Shown one piece after another: positions 1 through 8,936 of a DNA stretch of 44,079 nucleotides. Under the pieces are notes generated by a model. That model was not told where the DNA came from. It was given only the letters and a program-made list of their open reading frames with translations, and made no database searches. Position 1 is the first letter of the stretch. Each line of letters opens with the position of its first letter. The stretch is from NCBI GenBank assembly GCA_031414675.1, contig JANNWE010000330.1, forward strand, positions 1-44,079, written 5' to 3'. The stretch comes from Cytophagaceae bacterium (GTDB lineage: Bacteria > Bacteroidota > Bacteroidia > Cytophagales > Spirosomataceae). The position numbers and the translations under genes are program-made.

Positions 1-2
1 AT

Positions 3-809
3 AGACCAATAGAAATAAAAGATTTTTCTTTAAACTATAGAGGAGAATTTTTAGATTTAAGAAATGTACCTGGGTACATAGAAAAGAAATTTATTCAAGC
101 TTTGCCAGCTAGCGAATACCAAGGAATAGCAAAAGCAGACATTATTGATGGGGATAAAATCTACGCTAAAAAAGGAGATACGGTAGAATATGAAGCTCAA
201 AATACCTATTATCAAATAAATTATGAGCAAAAAGGAAAGAAAGACTTTAATTTCTATCCACGATATCAAATAAACCCAAAAATGGGTAACGTGGCTTCTC
301 CTGACATTAAAAATTATTGGAATAGAGACATATATACACACGTAAATTATGTAACAACTAACGAAGACAAAGAATGGTCGCTACCAGAAAGTTTTACTGT
401 GGCCATGAAAGATACTTTTTTCCTAAATGATTATGTGGCTATTTTAGATAATGTAGAAACCATAAACGAGGTAGATGGCTTACCAATAGGCCCTGGAGAC
501 GCGGCAGCTCAAGCCACTCTAAAAATTTTAGATAGAGACGGGGAAAGAATTATGAAACCCGTTTTTGCAATAAAAAACAGAGAAATCTGGAGTAAGCCAG
601 TGATAAGCAATGAACTTGGAGTAAGAGCTCAGCTTACTTCTATCGACCCATCTACAGGAAAATTTACCTTTGCAATAAGTAGAGGAGAACGTGAATATAT
701 TGTTTTAAAAGCCATTGAAAAACCATTTATTAACCTGCTCTGGCTAGGAACCGGACTGTTGGTTATTGGAATTATTATAGCAGCCACTCGAAGATTTAGA
801 ATTATCTAA
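3..809 (+). CDS. ccmF: Cytochrome c biogenesis heme lyase CcmF/CcsA, C-terminal part (5' truncated by window edge)
   Basis: The frame is open from base 3 (RPIEIKDFSLNYRG...), so the track's TTG at 102 is not the start. YPRYQINPKMG..SPDIK....DIYTHV and the terminal KAIEKPFINLLWLG transmembrane segment resemble Bacteroidota CcmF C-termini. Confidence 0.75.
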   Translation, partial: RPIEIKDFSLNYRGEFLDLRNVPGYIEKKFIQALPASEYQGIAKADIIDGDKIYAKKGDTVEYEAQNTYYQINYEQKGKKDFNFYPRYQINPKMGNVASPDIKNYWNRDIYTHVNYVTTNEDKEWSLPESFTVAMKDTFFLNDYVAILDNVETINEVDGLPIGPGDAAAQATLKILDRDGERIMKPVFAIKNREIWSKPVISNELGVRAQLTSIDPSTGKFTFAISRGEREYIVLKAIEKPFINLLWLGTGLLVIGIIIAATRRFRII

Positions 810-825
810 AGTTTTTAAAATCAAT

Positions 826-1428
826 ATGATAAAAAATGTTATCCAAATATTAGTTCTGATAGTTTTGATAGCATTTTCTATAGTTGTATGGGAAAAAATA
901 AAAAACTTTAGAATTTTAGATGAGGATAAAATTAATACTTCCCACCATATTTTATTAAAAGAAATGACCAATATGGGTAAATTAGAATTAATAAAATACT
1001 CCTATAGAGATGTTGTTGAACAAGAAATTGTTAGAGATTTTATGCCAGATCCGAAAGCAATTTTAATTGTACAAGGAGAAGCGGTGGGTTGTTTAGATCT
1101 AACTTTAATAAAAGAAAAGGATATATATTTTAAGGGCGACACTATAATAGTTAATTTACCAGACCCCGAAATATGCAATCACAAAATAGATCACAGCAAA
1201 TCAAAAATTTATAAAACAGACTACGCATTTTTGAATGAAGCTCTTTTGCTAGACGAAGCATACAAAAAAGCTGAAAATCAAATTTTAGAATCTGCTATAA
1301 GTTCGGATATATTAGATCAAACTAAAAAAAATGCTGAAACGCTATTAAAACCTTTAATTGAAAACCTAAGCGGCAAAAAAGTAGTTATTCATTTTCAACT
1401 AAAAACAAAACTAAATAAACTTAAATAG
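826..1428 (+). CDS. DUF4230 domain membrane-anchored protein
   Basis: N-terminal transmembrane helix. MGKLEL..Y, GEAVGCLDL and LPDPEI patterns typical of DUF4230. Confidence 0.75.
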   Translation: MIKNVIQILVLIVLIAFSIVVWEKIKNFRILDEDKINTSHHILLKEMTNMGKLELIKYSYRDVVEQEIVRDFMPDPKAILIVQGEAVGCLDLTLIKEKDIYFKGDTIIVNLPDPEICNHKIDHSKSKIYKTDYAFLNEALLLDEAYKKAENQILESAISSDILDQTKKNAETLLKPLIENLSGKKVVIHFQLKTKLNKLK

Positions 1429-1429
1429 T

Positions 1430-2272
1430 ATGAAAAAGAACTTATTTATTTTAGCTTTTCTCACCATTAGCCTTTGCTCCCATGCTCAAACTTGTTGTGA
1501 AACAGTTTTTGTATCAAATGATGGCAATATGGGAATTTTTGTATCAGATTCAAAATTTCAAAACATGCACCCTAGCCCAGAAGCCTACACCCACATAAGC
1601 GAATATGGTGGAGAGATGATCACATTAAAAACCACGAGTAAGGAAGCCAATGCATTTTTGATTAAAGCTAAAACAAAATCGAATAAATGGCTTTTTGTGT
1701 ATCAAGAATGGTGGGGATTAAACGACCATATTAAAAAACAAGCGGAAGTTTTTTACAAAGACTTAGGAGAAAACGTAAATGTATTAGCACTTGACATGTA
1801 TGATGGAAAATTGGCTACAGATGCAGCAAAAGCGGGTGAATATATGGGTGCCGCCAAAGAAGACCGATTGGAAGAAATCATAAAAGGAGGAATAGAATTT
1901 GCTGGACCAAAAGCAAAAATTGGAAGTGTTGGATGGTGTTTTGGTGGCGGTCTTTCCTTAAAATCTGCAATTATTGCAAATAAGAATGCAGTAGCCTGTG
2001 TTATGTATTATGGAATGCCTGTTAAAGATGTTGAGAAACTTAAATTATTAAAAACTGACGTATTAGGCCTGTTCGCCACAGAACAATGGATTTCGAAAAC
2101 AATTGTAGAGGAGTTCGCAGCTAATATGAAAAATGCCAACCAAAAATTAGAATTTAAAATTTTTGATGCTGCTCATGCATTCGCAAATCCAAGCAACCCT
2201 AAATTCGATAAAGAAGCAGCAACCGAGGCTTATGGTATGGCAATTAATTATTTAAGAAAAAGATTAAATTAA
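1430..2272 (+). CDS. Dienelactone hydrolase family protein (exported)
   Basis: Signal peptide, EWWGLN, nucleophile elbow GWCFGG, YYG, catalytic His in HAFANPS. Confidence 0.9.
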   Translation: MKKNLFILAFLTISLCSHAQTCCETVFVSNDGNMGIFVSDSKFQNMHPSPEAYTHISEYGGEMITLKTTSKEANAFLIKAKTKSNKWLFVYQEWWGLNDHIKKQAEVFYKDLGENVNVLALDMYDGKLATDAAKAGEYMGAAKEDRLEEIIKGGIEFAGPKAKIGSVGWCFGGGLSLKSAIIANKNAVACVMYYGMPVKDVEKLKLLKTDVLGLFATEQWISKTIVEEFAANMKNANQKLEFKIFDAAHAFANPSNPKFDKEAATEAYGMAINYLRKRLN

Positions 2273-2288
2273 CAAATGTATCTCATTT

Positions 2289-2330
2289 AAAAAGTGGCGA
2301 TCAAAGTGTTTTGATTTGCCACTTTTTTTT
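2289..2330 (+). terminator. Intrinsic terminator
   Basis: AAAAAGTGGCGATCAAA-GTGT-TTTGATTTGCCACTTTTT hairpin followed by a T run, just after the hydrolase stop. Confidence 0.75.
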
Positions 2331-2343
2331 AATCAAGAATAAT

Positions 2344-2661
2344 ATGTTAGAATTAACGATTGAAATTTTTCAAAATGAGGTCTTGAGACCTCTAATAAAA
2401 AATAAAAACGATTTCTATATTGCTTACTTTGACAACTATATAATATCTCAAAAAATCAGATTTGAAAACCCAGAAGATGCAAGAAACAAAATAGAAAATT
2501 GCTTAAAAACTGAAAATTCAATTAAGAATATTTTTATAGGCTCTATTGTTTCAAACTTTGATTCAAGCCAAATTGGCTACTTTTTCAAGAATAAACAAGA
2601 AGTATCGAAACGAATTGTGAACATTATTTCAAAACGAATTTTTGACAATAAATTTTCTTAA
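2344..2661 (+). CDS. Conserved small helical protein of unknown function (FQNEVLRPLIK motif)
   Basis: ATG at 2344 preferred because the TTG at 2311 lies inside the terminator. The motif resembles a small Bacteroidota family often labelled 'glyoxalase'. Confidence 0.6.
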   Translation: MLELTIEIFQNEVLRPLIKNKNDFYIAYFDNYIISQKIRFENPEDARNKIENCLKTENSIKNIFIGSIVSNFDSSQIGYFFKNKQEVSKRIVNIISKRIFDNKFS

Positions 2662-2793
2662 TTTATTTATTTACAATACCTTACAATAGTTTTTTAACAA
2701 TTTTTTTATAAAATAGCAGTCTGTCAAATTGACTTAATAAAGCTATTTTTACAAATGCTGCACTATTCTTGTTATCAAAACGTTGGAATTCAG

Positions 2794-2801
2794 TAAATTT
2801 G
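2794..2801 (+). promoter_or_regulatory. Bacteroidota sigmaA -7 element for secA
   Basis: TAAATTTG matches TAnnTTTG. TTG at 2769-2771 is a possible -33 element. Confidence 0.6.
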
Positions 2802-2845
2802 CAATTCATTTAATACAGACATTTAAGATAATATTACGATACCCT

Positions 2846-5800
2846 ATGTTTAATTTTTTAACTAAAAGCATTTCAAAAATTTTTGGCACGAAATCAGAAA
2901 AAGATATCAAAACCTTAAATCCATTTGTGGATGCTACCAATAATGAGTTTAAAAAACTTAATTCTTTAAGCAATGATGAGTTTAGAGCCAAAACCCAGGA
3001 ACTTAAAGAATACATCAATCAAAAACTTGCCTATATAGATGATGAGGTTAACTCTTTAAAATCTTCAGCAGAATTTTCAGAAGAAATTAGTATCGACGAA
3101 AAAGAAATTATATTCAAGAAAATTGATGAGCTAGAATTAAAAAGAAACGTAGAACTTGAAGAAGTTTTAATAGAAGTTTTACCTTCTGCATTTGCGATTG
3201 TAAAAGAAACTGCAAAAAGATTTAAAGAAAATAGCCAATTAGAGGTAACTGCCACTCACTTGGACAGAGAACTCGCTATGAAGAAATCTCATATAGAGAT
3301 CCTAGGTGACAAAGCTATCTGGAAAAATGAATGGCTAGCGGCAGGCAATCTGATTAAATGGGATATGGAACACTACGATGTACAAATTATCGGAGGTGCT
3401 TCATTGCATAAAGGAAACATTTCAGAAATGGCTACAGGTGAAGGAAAAACTTTAGTGGCCACTTTCCCTGCATTTTTAAATGCGTTGGCTGGTAGAGGTG
3501 TACATATCGTTACCGTAAACGATTACTTGGCAAAACGTGACTCCGAATGGATGGGGCCAATTTTTGAGTTTAATGGGATAACTTGTGATTGTATAGATAA
3601 ACACCCTGCAAATTCAAATGCTAGAAAAAATGCTTACAATGCTGGTATTACTTATGGCACAAACAATGAATTTGGGTTTGACTACTTAAGAGACAATATG
3701 GTGAACGACCCAGCCGAAATGGTTCAACGTCCTCCGCATTATGCTATGGTAGATGAAGTAGATTCAGTTTTGATTGATGATGCTCGTACTCCTCTGATTA
3801 TCAGTGGTCCAATGACCAAGAAAAACGACGATGAACTTTTCAATACTTTAAAGCCTAGGGTTTCTCAAATAGTAGATGCTCAAAAAAATGTAGTTAGTAA
3901 TTTTTTAATTGAAGCAAAAAAGTTAATAGCAGAAGGTAACAAAAAAGAAGGAGGAATATCTTTATTTAGAGCTCACCGTGGTCTCCCTAAAAGCAAACCT
4001 CTTATTAAATATCTATCAGAATTAGGAAATAAAAAACTATTATTGGAAACAGAGGCAATCTATCTAGCTGAAAATCAGAAATTAATGCCAGAAGCAGATG
4101 CCCCTCTTTATTTTACAATCGAAGAAAAAAATAATTCTGTAGAACTTACTGACAAAGGTTTAGATTTCTTATCCACAATAGACCAAGACCCTAATTTCTT
4201 TATTATGCCAGATTTAGGGGTAGAAATGGCAGCTATTGAAAAGATGGAACTAAGTGCTGAAGAAAAAATCTTAAAAAATGACGAATTAATTCGAGATTAT
4301 TCCACCAAAGCCGAAAGAATACATGCAGTTAATCAGCTTTTAAAAGCCTATACGGTTTTTGAAAAAGATGTAGACTATGTAACCATGGATGGCAAGGTAA
4401 AAATAGTTGATGAGCAGACGGGTCGTATAATGGACGGTCGTAGATGGTCGGATGGATTACATCAAGCTGTTGAGGCAAAAGAAAATGTAAAAGTTGAAGA
4501 TTCTACTCAAACTTATGCTACTGTAACTCTTCAAAATTATTTCAGAATGTATCACAAATTAGCTGGCATGACAGGAACAGCTGAAACTGAAGCTGGAGAA
4601 TTCTGGAAAATATATAAATTAGATGTGATTAGCGTTCCAACCAATAAAAATATTGTTAGAGACGATAAAGAAGATAAAGTATACAAAACTGTCAGAGAGA
4701 AATACAATGCAGTTGTTGATGAAATTGTGGAAATGGTAAACATTGGCAGACCTGTTTTAGTAGGAACAACGTCCGTAGAAAATTCAGAACTTTTGAGCAG
4801 AATGTTGACCATGAGAAAAATTGGGCACCAAGTTTTAAATGCCAAACAACATGCTAAAGAAGCGGATATTGTGGCAGAAGCTGGAAAGCCTGGAACTGTA
4901 ACTATTGCTACTAACATGGCCGGTAGAGGAACTGACATTAAACTTACTTTGGATAGCAAATCGGCAGGCGGATTAGCAATTGTTGGTACAGAAAGGCATG
5001 AATCAAGAAGAGTGGATAGGCAGTTGAGAGGTCGTGCAGGAAGACAAGGTGACCCAGGCTCTTCTCAGTTTTTCGTGAGCTTAGAAGATAATTTAATGCG
5101 TATGTTTGGCTCAGACAGAATAGCCAAGGTAATGGATAAAATGGGAATGGAAGAAGGAGAAGTTATTCAGCACTCCATGATTACTAACTCTATAGAACGT
5201 GCACAACGTAAAGTAGAGGAAAATAATTTTGGAATGAGGAAACGCCTGATTGAATACGACGATATCATGAACATCCAACGTGATACTATTTATAAAAGGA
5301 GAAAAAATGCCTTGTTTGGCGAAAGGCTAGCGTTAGATATAGCTAATATAATTTATGATACCTGTGCAGACATTGTAAACTCAACTCCAAATAATTATGA
5401 TGAATTTGAAGTTAGATGCATGCAAAAATTAGGCTTTAAGCCTGAATTATCTTCTGAGGAGTATATCAAAGCTGGAAATTCCTTAACGCATAAATTGTAT
5501 AATTTAGCTGAAAAACACTATAAAATAAAAAATGAGGCAATTCGGAAAAACATTGTTCCAACATTAAAAAATGTTTTAAATGATAGACAAGCCATGACCG
5601 AAGAACCATTTATGGCTGTAGTAGGTGACGGAAATCATCATATTGGCGTTTTTTGTGACCTTAGAAAAACCGTCGAAACTGACGGTAGAGAGTTAATTTT
5701 AGAAATGGAAAAAAACATTTCTTTAAACCTAATCGATCAAGAATGGAAAGAGCATTTACGCGACATGGATGATCTAAAACAATCGGTTCAAAATGCTTCA

Positions 5801-6160
5801 TACGAACAAAAAGATCCCTTGTTAATTTATAAATTTGAAGCCGTTGAATTGTTCCAAAATTTCTTAAAAAAAGTAAATACCGATACCGTTGGATTTTTAT
5901 TGAAAGCAAATGTTGCAGAAATGCGTTTCCAACAAATGGCAGCTCCACCAAAAACCAACAAACCAAAACTATCTACCAATAAATCTGAAGGAGAAGAAGG
6001 AAGCGGCCCTGCAATGTTGGCTCCAGCAAAATCACAAAAAGTGGCTAATAGAAATGATAAGGTAAATGTACAATATAGAAATGGTACACTTAAAAAAGAC
6101 ATCAAATTCAAACATGTTGAGCAAGATGTAATGAATGGCGAAGCAGTTATTGTTGATTAA
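2846..6160 (+). CDS. secA: Preprotein translocase ATPase SecA
   Basis: MATGEGKT Walker A, DEVDSVLIDDARTPLIISG, IATNMAGRGTDI, QLRGRAGRQGDPG. ATG at 2846 (MFNFLTK) lies downstream of the promoter element. Confidence 0.98.
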   Translation: MFNFLTKSISKIFGTKSEKDIKTLNPFVDATNNEFKKLNSLSNDEFRAKTQELKEYINQKLAYIDDEVNSLKSSAEFSEEISIDEKEIIFKKIDELELKRNVELEEVLIEVLPSAFAIVKETAKRFKENSQLEVTATHLDRELAMKKSHIEILGDKAIWKNEWLAAGNLIKWDMEHYDVQIIGGASLHKGNISEMATGEGKTLVATFPAFLNALAGRGVHIVTVNDYLAKRDSEWMGPIFEFNGITCDCIDKHPANSNARKNAYNAGITYGTNNEFGFDYLRDNMVNDPAEMVQRPPHYAMVDEVDSVLIDDARTPLIISGPMTKKNDDELFNTLKPRVSQIVDAQKNVVSNFLIEAKKLIAEGNKKEGGISLFRAHRGLPKSKPLIKYLSELGNKKLLLETEAIYLAENQKLMPEADAPLYFTIEEKNNSVELTDKGLDFLSTIDQDPNFFIMPDLGVEMAAIEKMELSAEEKILKNDELIRDYSTKAERIHAVNQLLKAYTVFEKDVDYVTMDGKVKIVDEQTGRIMDGRRWSDGLHQAVEAKENVKVEDSTQTYATVTLQNYFRMYHKLAGMTGTAETEAGEFWKIYKLDVISVPTNKNIVRDDKEDKVYKTVREKYNAVVDEIVEMVNIGRPVLVGTTSVENSELLSRMLTMRKIGHQVLNAKQHAKEADIVAEAGKPGTVTIATNMAGRGTDIKLTLDSKSAGGLAIVGTERHESRRVDRQLRGRAGRQGDPGSSQFFVSLEDNLMRMFGSDRIAKVMDKMGMEEGEVIQHSMITNSIERAQRKVEENNFGMRKRLIEYDDIMNIQRDTIYKRRKNALFGERLALDIANIIYDTCADIVNSTPNNYDEFEVRCMQKLGFKPELSSEEYIKAGNSLTHKLYNLAEKHYKIKNEAIRKNIVPTLKNVLNDRQAMTEEPFMAVVGDGNHHIGVFCDLRKTVETDGRELILEMEKNISLNLIDQEWKEHLRDMDDLKQSVQNASYEQKDPLLIYKFEAVELFQNFLKKVNTDTVGFLLKANVAEMRFQQMAAPPKTNKPKLSTNKSEGEEGSGPAMLAPAKSQKVANRNDKVNVQYRNGTLKKDIKFKHVEQDVMNGEAVIVD

Positions 6161-6179
6161 TATTGCTTTATAGATATTT

Positions 6180-6229
6180 AAAAGAACTTTAAATTACTAA
6201 ATATTAGTAATTTAAAGTTCTTTTTTTTT
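6180..6229 (+). terminator. Intrinsic terminator after secA
   Basis: Perfect 21-bp inverted repeat AAAAGAACTTTAAATTACTAA-ATA-TTAGTAATTTAAAGTTCTTTT plus T tract. Confidence 0.8.
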
Positions 6230-6444
6230 ATACTATTAAATTATTATTTAATGCCAGAAATACTTTTTTAAAACACAATAGATAGTTTAGAAAAACGCTC
6301 TTAAAATTCATAAATTTTAGCTTTTTTAGGTCGGTTTCTTTTTAAAGCGACAAACAAACAATTTACTAATAATCAAAGAAAAATGCCTAACTATTAAACA
6401 ATTACAAAAATTCTTTTTAACTTTCATTTAAATAGTTTTCAATA

Positions 6445-6472
6445 ACTAACTATTTAAACCCTTATAGTTAGT
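6445..6472. promoter_or_regulatory. Candidate operator (9-10-9 inverted repeat)
   Basis: ACTAACTAT-N10-ATAGTTAGT, 38 bp upstream of the ATG at 6511. Confidence 0.35.
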
Positions 6473-6510
6473 GCTATAAATTCTAAAAAGCAAAAAAATA
6501 ATTTAAAAGT

Positions 6511-6918
6511 ATGTCACTTTCTAAACTAATCATTAGCTACTTCCTTACCACACTTGTTTTTTTTATTTTAGACATGTTATGGCTAGGATTAATAGCTAAA
6601 GATTTATACAATAAATACTTAATTGATTTCTTAAGTGATAAAGTCAATTGGACTGCTGCTATACTATTCTATTTATTGTTTATAATTGGTATATTTTATT
6701 TTTGTATTTTACCAGCTATAGAAAAAGATTCCATCTCGAAAGCAATTATAGGAGGAGCTTTTTTTGGCATTATTACTTATGCTACATACGATTTAACTAA
6801 TTTGGCAACCTTAAAAAACTGGCCATTACCCATTGTATTTATTGATATAATTTGGGGCATGCTTTTAACAATGCTAGTTAGCATTTCTGGATTTTATATT
6901 ACAAAATGGATAGCTTGA
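6511..6918 (+). CDS. DUF2177 family membrane protein
   Basis: LDMLWLG, YATYDLTNLATLKNWP and DIIWG signatures, with four hydrophobic segments. Confidence 0.9.
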   Translation: MSLSKLIISYFLTTLVFFILDMLWLGLIAKDLYNKYLIDFLSDKVNWTAAILFYLLFIIGIFYFCILPAIEKDSISKAIIGGAFFGIITYATYDLTNLATLKNWPLPIVFIDIIWGMLLTMLVSISGFYITKWIA

Positions 6919-6919
6919 T

Positions 6920-7681
6920 ATGACACTTTTAATATTAAAATGTTCGATTATCATCCTTATTTACAGTACAATATGGTTTTGGGTAGCTGTTTATAAAAAC
7001 AGAAATGACATTGCAGATATTGCCTGGGGTCTGGGATATATTCTTATAAGTTCCTATTTGTATTTTACTCAAAAAAATGGCATAATTGCCTACTTGGTTT
7101 ATGGACTTATTTGTCTTTGGGGCTTAAGATTAAGTATTCATATATATATAAGAAATAAAAATAAAAAAGAAGATTTTAGATATTTAAAATGGCGAAAAGA
7201 ATGGGGAGATAATTTTCTTTTAAGATCTTATTTGCAGGTTTTTTTATTGCAGGGCTTCCTACTTCTTATTATTATATGCCCAGTTTTTTTAGTTGCAAAA
7301 ACCCCAATTCAATCATTTTCAATTTTTACATTTTTAGGGATTTTGATCTGGTTAATAGGTTTCATCTTTCAAGCAGTGGGTGACTTTCAATTAACTCAAT
7401 TTTTGAAATTAAAAGGTAAAGGTATTTTAGAAACGGGTCTGTGGCGGTTTTCCCGTCATCCAAATTATTTTGGCGAAATAATGATGTGGTGGGGTATATT
7501 TACCATTATTGTACCTTTGGAAAACAGTATTTTCTTTATCATTAGCCCTTTGACTATTAGCATTTTAATCATTTATGTTTCTGGCATCCCTTTACTTGAA
7601 AATAAACAAAAAGACAATTTACTTTATCAAAATTATAAGAAAAAAACAAGTGTTCTTTTTCCGTTGCCCCCCAAAAAATAG
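6920..7681 (+). CDS. DUF1295 family (steroid 5-alpha-reductase-like) membrane protein
   Basis: DIAWG, WGLRL, EDFRY, GLWRFSRHPNYFGE, VSGIPLLE. Starts 1 nt after the upstream stop. Confidence 0.9.
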   Translation: MTLLILKCSIIILIYSTIWFWVAVYKNRNDIADIAWGLGYILISSYLYFTQKNGIIAYLVYGLICLWGLRLSIHIYIRNKNKKEDFRYLKWRKEWGDNFLLRSYLQVFLLQGFLLLIIICPVFLVAKTPIQSFSIFTFLGILIWLIGFIFQAVGDFQLTQFLKLKGKGILETGLWRFSRHPNYFGEIMMWWGIFTIIVPLENSIFFIISPLTISILIIYVSGIPLLENKQKDNLLYQNYKKKTSVLFPLPPKK

Positions 7682-8419
7682 CTGTAAAATTTTGATTAAA
7701 TTCTATTTATGACTTTAGAAAAACCCATTCCAATATTCACAAATTCAATTAATTAACAATAAAAAGTTAAATTCAATTATTTAGACTTACACAATAAAAT
7801 CCACCAAAATAATGAAATTCACTTTTCTTAAAATTTATTCTAAAAAGAATTGACTAAAATTGCCAATATCTTAAAATTAATTTGCCTAAAAAATTCACAC
7901 GTACTTAAATATTTATACCATGCTCTCTTTAAAATTTTTAATACTTTTCTGTCAAAAAATAAAAGACACGAATGGAATTGCGATTAAATCCGAAAAAAAA
8001 ATCGATAAATAAAAAATTAGTTATTATTATTTTAGGAGATTTCTCTTTTTTATCTAAATGTCAATTATAAAAACCAAATCTAAATTGGCTTTATTTGGTA
8101 AAGATAAGCCCACTCCCAGTTAAAACAAAATTAACTAAATCAGATAGTATATTCTGGTAAAAAATACCTATATTTACAGATTATTAGGTATTTACTACAA
8201 ATTACAATTCTACTTTTTAGTATTTTTTTCAATTTATCCATAAAAATAGTATTATAATATTTTTACCGGATGTGACAGATTTCGAAATCAATAAAAAAAG
8301 GATTACATAAAATGTAATTTAATTTATCGAAACTAGGTTATTCTTTTGTACCATTACCTCGTAAAATTTTAGTCATTGTTTGGCTAAAATCTATTTAACA
8401 ATAAACATTAGTTCTTAAT

Positions 8420-8872
8420 ATGGCCAAATCGCAAGAAACTTTCAATAAAAAAGAAGTAAGAAATAAAAAAGAGAAAAAGAGAAAAGATAAAGAGCAAAAG
8501 CGTATTGATAAAAAAGACGTTGAGAAGACAAGTAATCTCGAAGATATGATGATGTATGTAGATGAGAATGGCAATCTTACGAGTGTTCAGCCTGATCCTA
8601 CAAAAAAGAGGAAAGTCACTCTAAGTGAAATTGAAATCAGTATTCCAAAAAGAAGTGATTTGGATATCGTAGACTCCATTAGAAAAGGTGTGGTTTCTTT
8701 TTATAACGATGCTAAAGGTTTTGGCTTTATTAAAGATTTGGAAACGCAACAAAGTGTATTTTTCCATGTAAACAATTTGAAAGACGAAGTAAAAGAAAAT
8801 AATATCGTAAGTTTTGAAGTAGAAATGGGGCCTAAAGGTGCTACAGCTGTAAATGTTAGGAAATCAATATAA
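8420..8872 (+). CDS. Cold-shock domain protein with Lys-rich N-terminal extension
   Basis: C-terminal cold-shock domain with RNP1 KGFGFI and RNP2 VFFH, plus GPKG.AVNV. The basic N-terminus and MMMYVDENG linker match the Bacteroidota long form. Confidence 0.9.
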   Translation: MAKSQETFNKKEVRNKKEKKRKDKEQKRIDKKDVEKTSNLEDMMMYVDENGNLTSVQPDPTKKRKVTLSEIEISIPKRSDLDIVDSIRKGVVSFYNDAKGFGFIKDLETQQSVFFHVNNLKDEVKENNIVSFEVEMGPKGATAVNVRKSI

Positions 8873-8895
8873 TACTCCGACTATTTTTCTTCCAT

Positions 8896-8934
8896 AAAAA
8901 ATGTTTAAATTAGCCCTTTAAACATTTTTTTTTT
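8896..8934 (+). terminator. Intrinsic terminator
   Basis: AAAAAATGTTTAAA-TTAGCCC-TTTAAACATTTTTT followed by further Ts. The stem is AT-rich. Confidence 0.6.
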
Positions 8935-8936
8935 AA

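Noticed and set aside
4169-4177. Perfect DnaA box TTATCCACA, with rpmH-rnpA in the window hinting at oriC
   Set aside because: A single box inside secA. I saw no box cluster in any intergenic gap and no dnaA, dnaN or gidA nearby.
2806-6111. Several minus-strand ORFs inside secA, and similar short nested ORFs inside the S41, panC, WD40, DivIVA, kinase, htpG and amidohydrolase genes
   Set aside because: Fully nested within, mostly antisense to, confident genes. Their Ser/Phe/Leu-rich composition is expected from reverse-complemented codon bias.
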